A model generated the notes under the pieces. That model was not told the origin of the DNA. It was given only the letters and a program-made list of their open reading frames with translations, and did no database searches. From assembly GCF_006345805.1 (NCBI RefSeq), contig NC_043021.1, positions 16,120,001-16,184,000 on the forward strand: DNA of 64,000 nucleotides, written 5' to 3'. Source of the DNA: Octopus sinensis. Taxonomy: Eukaryota. Positions 24,496 through 37,532 of this stretch are shown one piece after another (positions within the stretch are counted from its first letter, which is position 1; the number at the start of each line of letters is the position of its first letter). A program made the translations under genes and the position numbers.

Positions 24496-26626
24496 GGAAA
24501 TGGTTTTTGAAAACCAAACAAAAAAAAGTGTGTGAAAAAATTAAATGTGTCACCAGCACCTCCACAACCACCCTCACTAACCCCACCATCACCATCCACC
24601 CAGTTCATGAGATGATGTCAGGTTTCAATTCAAGTCAAGTATGAGTAAAATTCAGACTCCAAGGACCCCCCACACACACACCGGTGTTGGTCTTAGAGGA
24701 AAGTGGCCGGCAGTAACAAGTTGTCGACCTATTTCAGAGTTAAAATTCTTATAATCTCTATTTTTATTTATATATGTGTTTTTTTCTAAATAGTTTTTCT
24801 CAGTAGACTTGTGTCCATTCTAAGGTGACACAACCCTTACAGGTGGTAGTCAATCATATCGACCCTGGGAGTTAATCATTTTTCCGTTTGGTGTTTATTT
24901 TATCAGTCTGTCTGTTTATCGATCGGTGAGGTGCACCTACCCTTTCTCCACTCATAGATACAGGATAAAGGAAAGGCAAGTCGGTATGTTTGCAACATCC
25001 ATGGAGCCAAAGGGGATCCCAGATATTGGTTAAGTATAATCATGCATATCTGCCTCCAGATTCCCTGCTCCAGCTTTCCTTTAGGAGTTTAATCCCTTAA
25101 CCATTTTTTTTTTTTTTTGAATACTAAATAAATTAACATCAAGGTAGCAGGGCTTATTTTAGTGGAAATGGTTTGTGCCGAACCAGTCACACTCTCTCAT
25201 CCTTCCAGCTTGTATTGGTCTGGTGCAACAAGAGCCTAGTAATTATAAGGATGCATGATTTGTATGGAATTACCTTCTCTTGGACGAGTCCCAAAAGAGC
25301 TGAAGGGCTTCATCTGCCTTGGCTCCATTGGTGTGTTTGTGAGTGGCCTTCTTTTGGAGCCAGTTCTATGATATTTTAATTAAGCTATAGCTGGGATCCT
25401 GACCCTGCTACCCCAGGTCTGAGTAGACCTAGATTGTATCCTGGAGAAAATATCCACCTGGTTGATTAACAAGGGGTTGCTCATCAAGACACCAGCCTCC
25501 AGCCCAAAGATGTGCTGTGTCCTCTCACTGCCCTTTTTTCAGTCCCTTTTGCTCCTCAGCGGTGGTTTTTCTAATGGTATCTCCACTCATTCAAGCCTTC
25601 ATATTCCTTGTCTCATCTTCTCTTCTCTCAATCATATTGTGTTTATTCCACAAGGTCCACCTTGCAACATGTTTTTCCCGCAGGAATTCATGTTATTCAA
25701 GGTGACACAAACCCTACTTGTGAAGACCTGTTGAGGCAAGTGAAAATCAAAATCGAAATCGATCAACATCAATGGAAATTGTAGCTGAGATACCAGTGCC
25801 AGGGGCACGTAAGAGAACCATCTGAACGTGGCCATTGCCAGTGCCGCCCCGACTGGCCTCTGTGCTGGTGGCATGTAAAAAGCACCATCCGATCGTGGCC
25901 GTTGCCAGCCTCGTCTGGACCCCGTGCTGGTGGCACGTAAAAAGCACCATCTGATCGTGGCCGTTTGCCAGCCTCATCTGGCACCTGTGCAGGTGGCATG
26001 TAAAAAGCACCCACTACACTCACGAGTGGTTGGCGTTAGGAAGGGCATCCAGCTGAAGAAACACTGCCAGATCAGACTGGGCCTGGTGCAGCCTTCTGGC
26101 TTCCCAGATCCCCGGTCGAACCGTCCAACCCATGCTAGCATGGAAAGCGGATGTTAAACGATGATGATGATGATGATGATTAACAGCATCTCCTTCATTG
26201 TGTGTGTGTGTGCATGTATGTGCACTCACACATGCACACAGTACTGTCTGTCTGTACGTCTATCTGTCTATTTTGTGTATCTATCTGGTTGGCATTAGGA
26301 AGGGCATCCAGCTGTAGAAATCTTGGTAAAACAGACACTTGGAACCTGGTGCAGCTCGTCAGCTCCTGTCAATCCATCCAACCCATGCCAGCATGGAAAA
26401 GGGGGCATTAAAGGATGATGACGATCTATTCACTCCTCTATCTTTGTATCACATCTTTGTCCACTCATACCCATGCACCCACCCACCCACATACACACAC
26501 TTAAAGACTACTTTAATCACTTACCATTGACCATAACTAGATAACAGCAATATACAGTGGCTGAAGTGTTTTAATTAGTATCTTTTGGAACACTTCAGTG
26601 GGAACCAGAACAATACTAAGAACTCT

Positions 26627-26671
<45 letters not shown>

Positions 26672-28297
26672 CAGCGGAAACCACTCTACTAATACCAGGG
26701 TCTTCAATACCCACCAACACAAATGACTCCTTCAGACCCATTGTCTTGTAATTGGGTGGAATCTGATGCCTGTGGTAATTGTCCACACAACAGCAACAAT
26801 CTCTCAAGGAAGTGATTTATTTCTTGAGTGTGGTGGATGTGATGGAGGTTGTGTGTGGAGGGATCTTCCTCCTCTTGATCTTGTTTGAAATATGATTCCA
26901 AGGGATGCTTGTTTCTGCGGTTTTGTTATCGTGGGTTTATTTGTTGTTGTTGTTGTCGTTGCTGTTGTGAGTTAGTAATCACTTCTTGTCCGACACCAAC
27001 CATTTCCGAGTGAGTTATCGACCATCGACTCAGATTATTCATTCTTCCGTTACAGTTTCTTTACAACGGGTGACAACGAAGAGGATAATGATGCCTAGTG
27101 ATGGATGGTGATGAAGTCAGGAGGTGGTGGTGGTGGTGGTTGTTATAGTGTTGATATAACAGTTGTGGCCGACATGATAGCGATGTCGCTGCTTCTGATG
27201 CTGCTAGGATGATAAGGCTAGTGATAAAGGTGATGGTGATGTTAGTGATTATAGCAGTGGTGGTGGTGGTGGTAGTGTTGATATGATTGTGACTGTATTG
27301 AGTGCGATAGTGATGCTGCTGCTGATGATGATACCAGTGGTATTATAAGGATAATGCTAGTGATGATGATGATAGTGATGATATCTATTTCTTTACTACC
27401 CACAAGGGGCTAAACACAGAGAGGACAAACCAGGACGGACAAACGGATTAAGTCGATTATATTGACTCCAGTGCATAACTGGTACTTATTTAATCGACCC
27501 CGAAAGGATAAAAGGCAAAGTCGACCTCGGCGGAATTTGAACTCAGAACGAAACGGCAGACGAAATACCGCTTAGCATTTCACCCGGCGTGCTAACGTTT
27601 CTGCCAATCATTGCTGGATCAGGCCTTGTTCCTTCAGTACAGTGGCTCTCAACCCTTTTTTTTGCCTACAGACCCCTTTGATACCTCTTTCGTTCAGAGA
27701 GTGGAACCCTCATAGCCATTAGATGTCTAAGAACTCCCATCATATTTTCATGATTTAAAGATTATTAGCAATTGTATAAAAATATTAAAAAAAACTTCAA
27801 ATAATTTTGTATCTTGCAGAAATATAACCTGTTTATTGAACAAAAATTTCAACAACAAAATTTTATATAGCCCTCCTCCATCCCACCCCCACCCCTGCAG
27901 GGGCCATATGGATCCTCAGGGGCATATGTATTCACAGGGGCCATATGGATCCCCAGGGAACATGACTCCCCAGGGGCCATATCGATCCTGCTTGAGAACC
28001 ACTGCTTTTGTAGAAAGGATTATTACAATGATAAATCTGATGATTTTGATACGATAATGTAGATGGGTGACATGATAGTGTTGATTCCACTAGCGATAAC
28101 GTCAATGATGAGGATGACAGTAATTTTATAAACAAACATAGGCACAAGCGTGGCTGTGTGGTAAAAAGCTTGCTTACCAACCACATGGTTCTGGGTTCAG
28201 TCCCACTGTGTGGTACTTTGGGCAAGTGTCTTCTACTATAGCCTCGGGCTGACCAAAGCCTTGTGAGTGGATTTGGTAGATGGAAACTGAAAAAAGC

Positions 28298-28347
<50 letters not shown>

Positions 28348-30484
28348 TGTATATCTGTGTTTGTCCCTCCACCATTGCTTGACAACTGATGTTGGTATGT
28401 TTACGTCCCTGTAGCTTAGTGTTTTGGCGAAAGACACCAATAGAATAAGTACTAGGCTTACAAAGAATAAGTCCTGGGGTCGATTTGTTCAACTGAAGGC
28501 AGTGCTCCAGCATGGCTGCAGTCAAATGACTGTATCAAATAAAAGAATAAACCTGATACTGGGTTGCTACTCTGTAGGTTCAAAAAGGTTGCTTCAATAT
28601 TGGCTTATAGAACTGAGAAATTGGTACCAGTACAGGAACATTAAGGCCTCAAGTTACAGCTATATCCTAAGACCAATTCTATTTGGGGGTTGCGGGGAAT
28701 AGAGTTGACCCTAAGGTTGTGACCTTCAGTCAACCCTGCTGGTGCAAAAGAGGATCGAAGATTATGTGCCAACTGAGAGGATTATGTCTCGAGGTCTTAC
28801 CTGCATCCTGGGCCTGTCTTATCCAGCAGCAAGCCCTTACCGACTGATTTTCTTTTTTTACCCCCACCTGTATCTGCCAAAGCAGGAGTTAACGAACATA
28901 AAACCATAACGGACAGAGAAACGTCACTCAAATTTATAATAGGAGGTATATCTTTTTTTTGCTTCTCTTTACAGATATTCAGAATAAGAAGCCTGTTGTT
29001 TGCCAATTTGCCAATCCTTTGCCTGATGACAGCCACAAGAGAACTGAAGTAAGTTTTATTTGTCTACTTAGGTTTTTATGTGAAGGTGTATGGCTCAGTG
29101 GTTAGAGTGTCGGGCTGTCAATCATGAGGTTGTGAGTTCGATTCCCTGACCGAGCTGTGTGTTGTGTTTTTGAGCAAGACACTTCATTTCATGTTGTTCT
29201 ATTTCATTCAACTGTAGAAATGAGTTGTGACGTCACTGGTGCCGAGCCGTATCGGCCCCTTTGCCTTTCCCTTGGATAACGTCAGTGGCATGGAAAGGGG
29301 ACACTGGTATGCATGGATGACTGCTGGTCTTCCATAAAAAACCTTGCCTGGACTTGTACCTTGGAGGGGAACTTCCTAAGTGCAATCCCATGGCCCTTCA
29401 TGACCGAAGGGCATCTTTATCCTTTATGCTTTTATATTTATTTATCTCTTTGTCCATATCAGGGTTGAAATCATGTAATGCCCTCAGCACCCCTTAACCC
29501 TTTAGCATTTAAACCGGCCATATCCAGCCCATATATTCTACCTCTTTTATGTTCAAGCTTACCAGATCTGGCCTCTCACACCTACCCTATAGTGTCATCA
29601 TAAAAATAAACAAATACATAAAAAGCACCATCCAAACGTGGCCGTTGCCAGCGCCGCCTTGGATGGCTCCCGTGCCGATGGAACGTTAAAAGCTCCAACC
29701 GATCGTGGCCGATGCCGAACCCCCCTGGCACCTGTGCAGGTGGCACGTAAAAAGGAAACCCACTACACTCGCGGAGTGGTTGGCGTTAGGAAGGGCATCC
29801 AGCTGTAGAAACTCTGCCAGATCAGACTGGAGCCTGGTGCAGCCCCTGGCTTCCCAGACCCTGGTCGAACCGTCCAACCCGTGCTAGAGCGGAAAACAGA
29901 CGTTAAACGATGATGATGATGATGACATCATTGAAATCTCAAAGCCACGAGATAAGCAGGATTAATTCAAAAACACTTTGAATAAATAGGAATTACATTT
30001 GACAGAATAAACTGAATGCTAAAGGGTTGAGGCTGCTAGTGGTTTTGTTACAGGCCAGGGGAAGCTGTGTTCAGTTGATCTTTAAATAATAAGCTCCAAC
30101 TGATACTAGACTTTATTTGATAACTAAAAGTATTGACAGATCCTTTGTGATAAACCCCTAAATTTTGATATTTCCCTATGTGATGAACCCAAAATGTTGA
30201 CAGTCCCCTTTGTAATAAACCCAAAATATTGACGGTCCCCTTAGTGATAAACTCAAAATGTCGATAGTCTCCTATCTAATGAACCTAAAATGTTGACAGT
30301 GCCACACAGCTTGCTGGGCTAAGACCACCTTTAATTGTGAAGGGTTACTTTAGAGAATAGGGAACAGGACAGGTTTGTTTTCCTTTTGCTGCAGGGAATC
30401 CATACAGCTCTTGCTGTATGTATGTATGCATCTATATATGTGTGTGTTTGTATGTATATATGTGTGTGATTGTTTATGTGTGTG

Positions 30485-30517
<33 letters not shown>

Positions 30518-31589
30518 ATATATCTATGTATATATATGAAATATATAAAAATGGTGTATCCTTATAACAAAGGATGTTCCCAATCTTTCTTCATCAATAT
30601 TGTTGATGTCGCAGTATTTATTTATGTTCGTTCACCACTACCACCACCACCACCACCACCACTATATGGGGTTTGTTTGTAGGACTGAATCAAAAATACC
30701 CCCCCTCCGCTCGCTCCCCCATCCTCTCCGTTATAATCTCATCATTCTAATTAGCTAAGCTGAAACAGTTCCCATCCTCAGCGCACACACTCACACATAC
30801 ACACACTCACACATACACACACTCACACACATACTCACACTCACACATACTCACACTCACACATGCACACACTCACACATGCACACACACATACATACAC
30901 TCACACATACACACACTCACACATGCACACACACACACACACACACACACACCACACACACACACACACCACACACACACTTGTTGTCAGTGTGTGTTGT
31001 TACATCAGTATTAGAAGCCCAGATCTTTTTGGCATCCTATCTACACTTGGTGCCGCGACACGACCTTTGGGGGTCAACCTTCTTAGCTTATCTTGTACAG
31101 TGGAGAAACACACAACAAAAACACAAACACAAAAAGCTCCACTTCCTCAATAGAAAACAGCAGCCCTTCTGCTTATCATTCTACTCCCCTCACCCCCTCT
31201 TGCGGGTCCTTTACTCCCCCCACCACAAAATTCCTCCTCCTCCTTCAGTGTAGAGTCTTCTTCCTCCTCCTCCTCTTCTTTTTCTTCTCAATTATTTTTC
31301 CTGGTTTCTTAATCTTCTCAATCTCCGTCATCATCATCATTAGCATTATTGTCATCATCATTATAATCACCACAACCACCATCATCATCACCACCACCAT
31401 TATCATTATCATTGGCGTCATCATCAGCAGCACCATCGGCATTGTGGTCATCCTCATCAGCATCCTTTTCTCAATAGCTTCTTCCTGATCTTACCCCCTT
31501 TTGCCCCTCTCCTGCCATTTCTGTTTTGCCTTTGTTCTCACTCCTGCACCTGCACCTCCCAATATGGTCTCCTCCTCCCTCCTACTTCT

Positions 31590-31631
<42 letters not shown>

Positions 31632-33344
31632 ATTTATCTCTCTGCCACCACCACCACCACATTACTTCTTCCTCATCTTCATCTCCCCCCCTTCCTCGCT
31701 CACTTATTTCTATGCCCATTCCACCCCCACCTCTCTTCCTCCTCTTCTTCCCTCCATCTAACTCTTTCCTTTCTCATCTCTTTCTCTTGTTCACCCACCT
31801 CTTGCATTACTTTCTACCTCTTACCCCCTCATTCTCCTCCCTATCTCCTTTATCTCCTCCCTTACTCCCTCTCCCTCCCCTCTCTCCTCTTCCCCTTTCT
31901 CCCCCCCCCTGCTCTTACATGTACCCCTGCCTTTCTGCTACTACTGTGACCTCTCCTCTCTATCATTTATCTTACATCCATCATTTCCTCCTACTACTTA
32001 CTCTCTTCCTACTCCCACTATACCTCATTGCTTCACACTTTTTTATGAACTTCCTCAGTAATGAACAAAACTCATCATCATCATCATCATTCTAATTATT
32101 TAACTGAAACAGTATCATATCCCTAACATACATGCCTGGAAACCACGTGGTTTCGGGTTCAACCCCACCCTGTGGCACCATGGATATATGCTTCTTAGCA
32201 TGACCTGGAGCCAGCCAGAAGTGTTGTGGATGGAATTTTTGCGAGATGGACGGGTGATAGACTTAACTCTTTAGCATTCACCTTACTCTGTCAAATGCTT
32301 ATTTATTCCCATAGTTTTGATCAGGTAACCTATTTATTTTTGGAATAACCTTGTAGGATTGGTGTGAGAGGCCAGAACAGATTTTGGTTTGAACATAAAA
32401 CGGGTAGAATATTTTGGCTGGATATGGCTGATTTAAATACTAAAGGGTTAATCAGTGGATGGTTTAACACCATCACCACTTTGGCCCCTTGGGCGTCTTT
32501 AGCAGAGTGGATCCTCTACAGCAGTGCTACTCAAAGTGGTGGTCCATGGACCGGCGCCGATCTACGAGCCATCAGCTACCAGTATGTGGCGAGTTTCCAG
32601 AAAAGAAAGAAACATTATAAAATGCTTATGTAATATTCTTTTCTACTCTAGGCACAAGGCCCGAGATTTGTGGGGAGAGGGCCAGTGGATTAGATCGACC
32701 CCAACATGCAACTGGTACTTAATTTATCGATGCCGAAAGGATGAAAGGCAAAGTTGACCTCGGTAGAATTTGAACTCAGAACATAAAGACAGATGAAATA
32801 CTGCTAAACAGGTCATCCAGTGTGCTAATGTTTCTGCCAGCACACCAACTTAAAATGCTTATATAATATTGTATTATTTGTTTACAAAATAAGAGATAAA
32901 AAAAATTGTTAACTTTTATTATATTCATTATATATATATTACGGAGATGTACTTGCATAGCGAGTGACTTGATCTGAGATCGTGTGCTGGAACGAAAACA
33001 ACTGCAGCGTGGAAGTTGTTTATAAGCCATTTAAGAAACACACAATATAGGTGCTACCCTGCTCTCTTAGTCACTATTAGTGACAATTGAATTTTTCCTT
33101 TTTGGTTTTATATTGTGTCTAGACACCATTGTTATTTTCTATAAATAAATATTTACACTGACACACACACTACACACACACTCAGGTATATGTAAAAATG
33201 TCTGGCTTTAGGGAAATATTTCCTTAGAAATAGGTGAAGGCTGGTGACAGGAAGGGTATCCAGCCATAGAAAAAATCCTACCTCAACAAATTCCCTGCTA
33301 CCCATGCAAGCATGGAAAAGTGGATATCTAGTGATGAGGATTTT

Positions 33345-33386
<42 letters not shown>

Positions 33387-36300
33387 CAAATGGAAATTGT
33401 AGTTAAGACACCTGTGCTGGTGACACGTAAAAAGGCACCGTCCAAACGTGGCAGATGCCAGATCACCGTCTAAACATGGCAGATGCCAGTGCCGCCTGAC
33501 TGGCGTCCATGTCGGTGACACGCAAAAGTACCAACCGATCGTGGCCGTTTGCCAGCCTACCCTGGTCCCTGTGCCGGTGGCACGTAAAAAACACCCATTA
33601 CACTCATGGAGTAGTTGGTGTTAGGAAGGGCATCCAGCTGTAGAAACTCTGCCAAATCAGACTAGAGCCTGGTGCAGCCTCCATGGCTTACCAGACCCCG
33701 GTCGAACCGTCCAACCCATGCTAGCATGGAAAATGGACGTTAAATGATGATGATGATATAAATATAAATAAAATGATTTTTTTGTGTTTTTTTCTCTTTC
33801 TTGCTTGACTTTCTCTCTCACTCTCATTTTCTTTATCTTTCACTTCCTCTCCATATCGTGTGTGTGTGTGTGTGTTATGCATAATTCAATTAAATTCATT
33901 GGTAATTAACTAGAAGAAACTGGTGAACAATGAAGTTACACACGTTTCTCAGCAGACTGAAACAAAGTTTAAAGAGTATTGAGGTGTATGGAGGTGAATG
34001 AGAGGGACACAGTTTCATTTCATTTTGTTGAACTGTGTAAACACACACACACACACACACATCACACACGCGTGAGTACATGCATGAGCACACATCCATG
34101 AACACACATCCATGAACACACACATGCATAAACATGCATTAGCACACACACACACACACACACATGCATTAATATACAGATGCATGAACACACATGTATG
34201 AACACGCATGCATAAATACACATAATCATGCATTAACACATGCATGCATGAACACGCGCATGAACACACATACACATGTGACACCTTTGCGCCTCTCAGG
34301 CAGCAACCCTCCAACCCATGGGTCTGTTTGGGCAGTCATTGCTTGTGAGGGTTTTTTTGAGGTCAAAGTGCAAATCCTACCTCAACCTCTTTCAATCGCT
34401 TGTTACCCTTTTTAGGACATGCAGAGGAAATGTTTGGTCTATTCTTTGATATGCCAGTCCTCACTCAGTACATAAATTGCTATTAATTAATTAGGCTATT
34501 ACACCCCTGTGTTGAGTGGGTTGGGATGGGCCATCGGCACCTATCTTGTGTGTCCATTCCTAATGAATGGGGCCACTAATTTTTTTTTTATAGCAAATGG
34601 ACCTACATAGAGGCTTGTCTTGGATCATGTTGGCTTGCTGGCTGGCTGGTGGGCTCTGCTGCTTGTTGAGGGTGGTGATGGTGGTGGTTGCTTGCCTGGC
34701 TATGGGAGAAGAAATGTTACAATTTAGGCTATTGGGTTTACAAACATTATCATCGCGGCCACCACCACCACCATAGCTACTGCTGTGCCTGCTCATGGCC
34801 ATTAACGGTAGTGGAGGTGGTGGTGGTGTTGGTTGTGAAGAAGTCCTTACTTCTCTTATAACATCATATGGTGTTTATTTAACAGCCTGGAGTATGTTGC
34901 CCTTCCTCCCATGTCCACCACCTCCTACACATCACACCTCTGCATTTGCTCAGTTAAATACATCAAGACTGTCAACATTGACACACACACACACACACAC
35001 ACAACACACACACACCACCCTACAACATTCCCCATCACCTGCTAGTTCTTGTGGCAGTGTGCAGGGGGGAGGAACTCCCATATTTGAGGGTGCAGAGAGG
35101 ACAAGGGGTGAGAGGGTTGTCGGAGGGGTGGGGGAGATAGATAAGGGGCTGGTAGGAATAAAGTACTTTGGTTATATACTGCAGTCACGATATCAATCAG
35201 TGTGTTTATTACACACACACACACCACACACGCTCACACATACACACGCTCACACACATGCATGCACACACAAGCGCACACACATGCACGCACACACACA
35301 CACATACGCACACACACACACACACAGATGGAGAGTGGTGGTTTGTATGTGTGTGTGTGCATATGATGTGTCTGTATGTGCATAGTTGCATGTATGCGTG
35401 TGTGTGTGTGTGTGTGTGTGTCTTGTGTGCATTAATGAATGTGATAAAAACCTGGAACCAACTGTGTGTAATGACATCTGAAGTGTGCTCTGAGGAGTGG
35501 TGTGTGTGTGTGTTTGTAGGGGGGAATTGATGGTGGTAAATAGGCAGGGGTCAGGTCAGTTAAGCTGTTGATGTAAAGGGATAATATCATAAGGGCTGTA
35601 GGGAGAGAGCTTGAAATTGAGTGAGGGAGATAACAGATGATAGATTATTTTGGGGGATATTTCAACCCCTGCATTTCTTGATTTGTTAGATAAAAGAGTC
35701 TTTGAAGCACTGCGTGGAGTGTGTGTGAGAGAGAGAGAGAAAGAGTGTGTGAGAGAAAGAGTTTGTGTGTAAATGAGTGTGTGTGTGTGTGAGAGAGAGA
35801 GACAGTGTGTGTGTGTGTGAGAAACTGTGTGTGTGTGAGAGACAGTGTGTGTGTGTCTGTGTGAGAGAGAGAGACAAGTGTGTGTGTATGTGAGAGACAG
35901 AGTGTGTGTGTATGTGAGAGACGGAGTGTGTATGTGAGTGCATGTGTAAGTGTGTGCGTGTGAGTGAGTGTGTGTGAGTGAGAGTGTGTGCGTATGTGAG
36001 AGAGAGAGAGAGAGAGTATGTGTGTGTGTGAATTGGTTCATATTTACTTCTTCAATCATTCCAATTCCTAAGAAAGTTACTTATTTTGAAAAGGCTTTTT
36101 TTTTTTCCTTTTGAAACCAGAATGCTAATCACTCTGGTCTGTACTCCAACCCTGTACATCCACTTAGTGATTAGTGACTCTCCTTCATCACTCCTTTAGC
36201 ATGTCTGGTTGAGTCCATGCTTCACTGATGAGGTCTAATAAGACTGAAAGCGTCAAGAGTTATCTCTTGTACTTGTTGAGCTGTGTAAAATATTATAACA

Positions 36301-37501
36301 GTGATTTCAAATTTTGGCACAAGGCCAGCAATTTCAGGGTCAGTTATATTGACTCCAGTACACAACTGGTACTTATATTATTGACTCCAAAAGGATGAAA
36401 GGCAAAGCTGACATCGGCAGGATTTGATCTCAGAACAACAAGGGACTGATACTCCTGGCAGTTTGCTGTGTTTGAAAAGACCCGTCAAGCTAAGTAAAAG
36501 CATGGTTGCCCTTGCATTTAGGCTCGTCCCTTGCAACCGCAACCCTCTCCAGCTGAGCATCCCTAACCTTGCAGGCTTGTAGGTGCTGGTGCCACATAGA
36601 AAGCACAAACATGCACAAAAGAAACTCTTTACAGGTCGTTCAGCCTGCTAGAAATAGCATTTATACTCCCCTCAGATCAGTCCTTTATGTGTCCAAAACA
36701 TTTCGACAAGTTTGTCCGAAACATCTATGCTTGGTTTCGTACTTTTATTTCGCCCTTGTTTCTTAAGTTCTGAGTACTATAAAGCGTTCCTTTCGTATGT
36801 CCCGAGTTCTTCTGGTGGTCGAAAAGTAATTGGGAATATTTATCCTACATGATGCATGGATGATGCCAGGGAAATATATCCAGTGTATCACATGAAGTAC
36901 ACGGGACATGCAAAGGGTTAAATAAATTAAGCTACATTGGACAGTGTAACCATTGATATTTAAACAGATGAGATGGCCACGACAGGATTGTCTGCAATCA
37001 TAAGTCCTGTTCAACAATGGCTAATCTGAAGCTAAACACACACACACACACACAGAGGATGTAATAGAATGCATAGTGTGTATATGTATTCTTTCATTAT
37101 ATCCTTTTTTGTCAGTTTGTCTTGTGTCTTTTGAGCCTTTCTCATGAAGTTAAAACAGGTTTTGAACATTTTTTAGAATGTCCAGAAAAATCGCTATATC
37201 CCAACATGTTGAAATGGTTAATTTTCCTGCAGGTATTGATATTAGAACAGTTTTTTACAAATTTATACTATTTGGGAGTTATATACTCTTTTACTCTTTT
37301 ACTTGTTTCAGTCATTTGACTGCGGCCATGCTGGAGCACCGCCTTCTAGTCGAGCAAATCAACCCCGGGACTTATTCTTTGTAAGTCCAGTACTTATTCT
37401 GTCGGTCTCTTTTGCCGAACCGCTAAGTGACGGGGACGTAAACACACCAGCATCGGTTGTCAAGCAATGCCAGGGGGACAAACACAGACACACAAACACA
37501 C

Positions 37502-37532
<31 letters not shown>

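Noticed and set aside
36225-36257. CTGATGA-GGTC..GACT-GAAA-GCGTC hammerhead-like string
   Set aside because: Core and stem II are present, but stems I and III do not pair properly; at best a decayed copy
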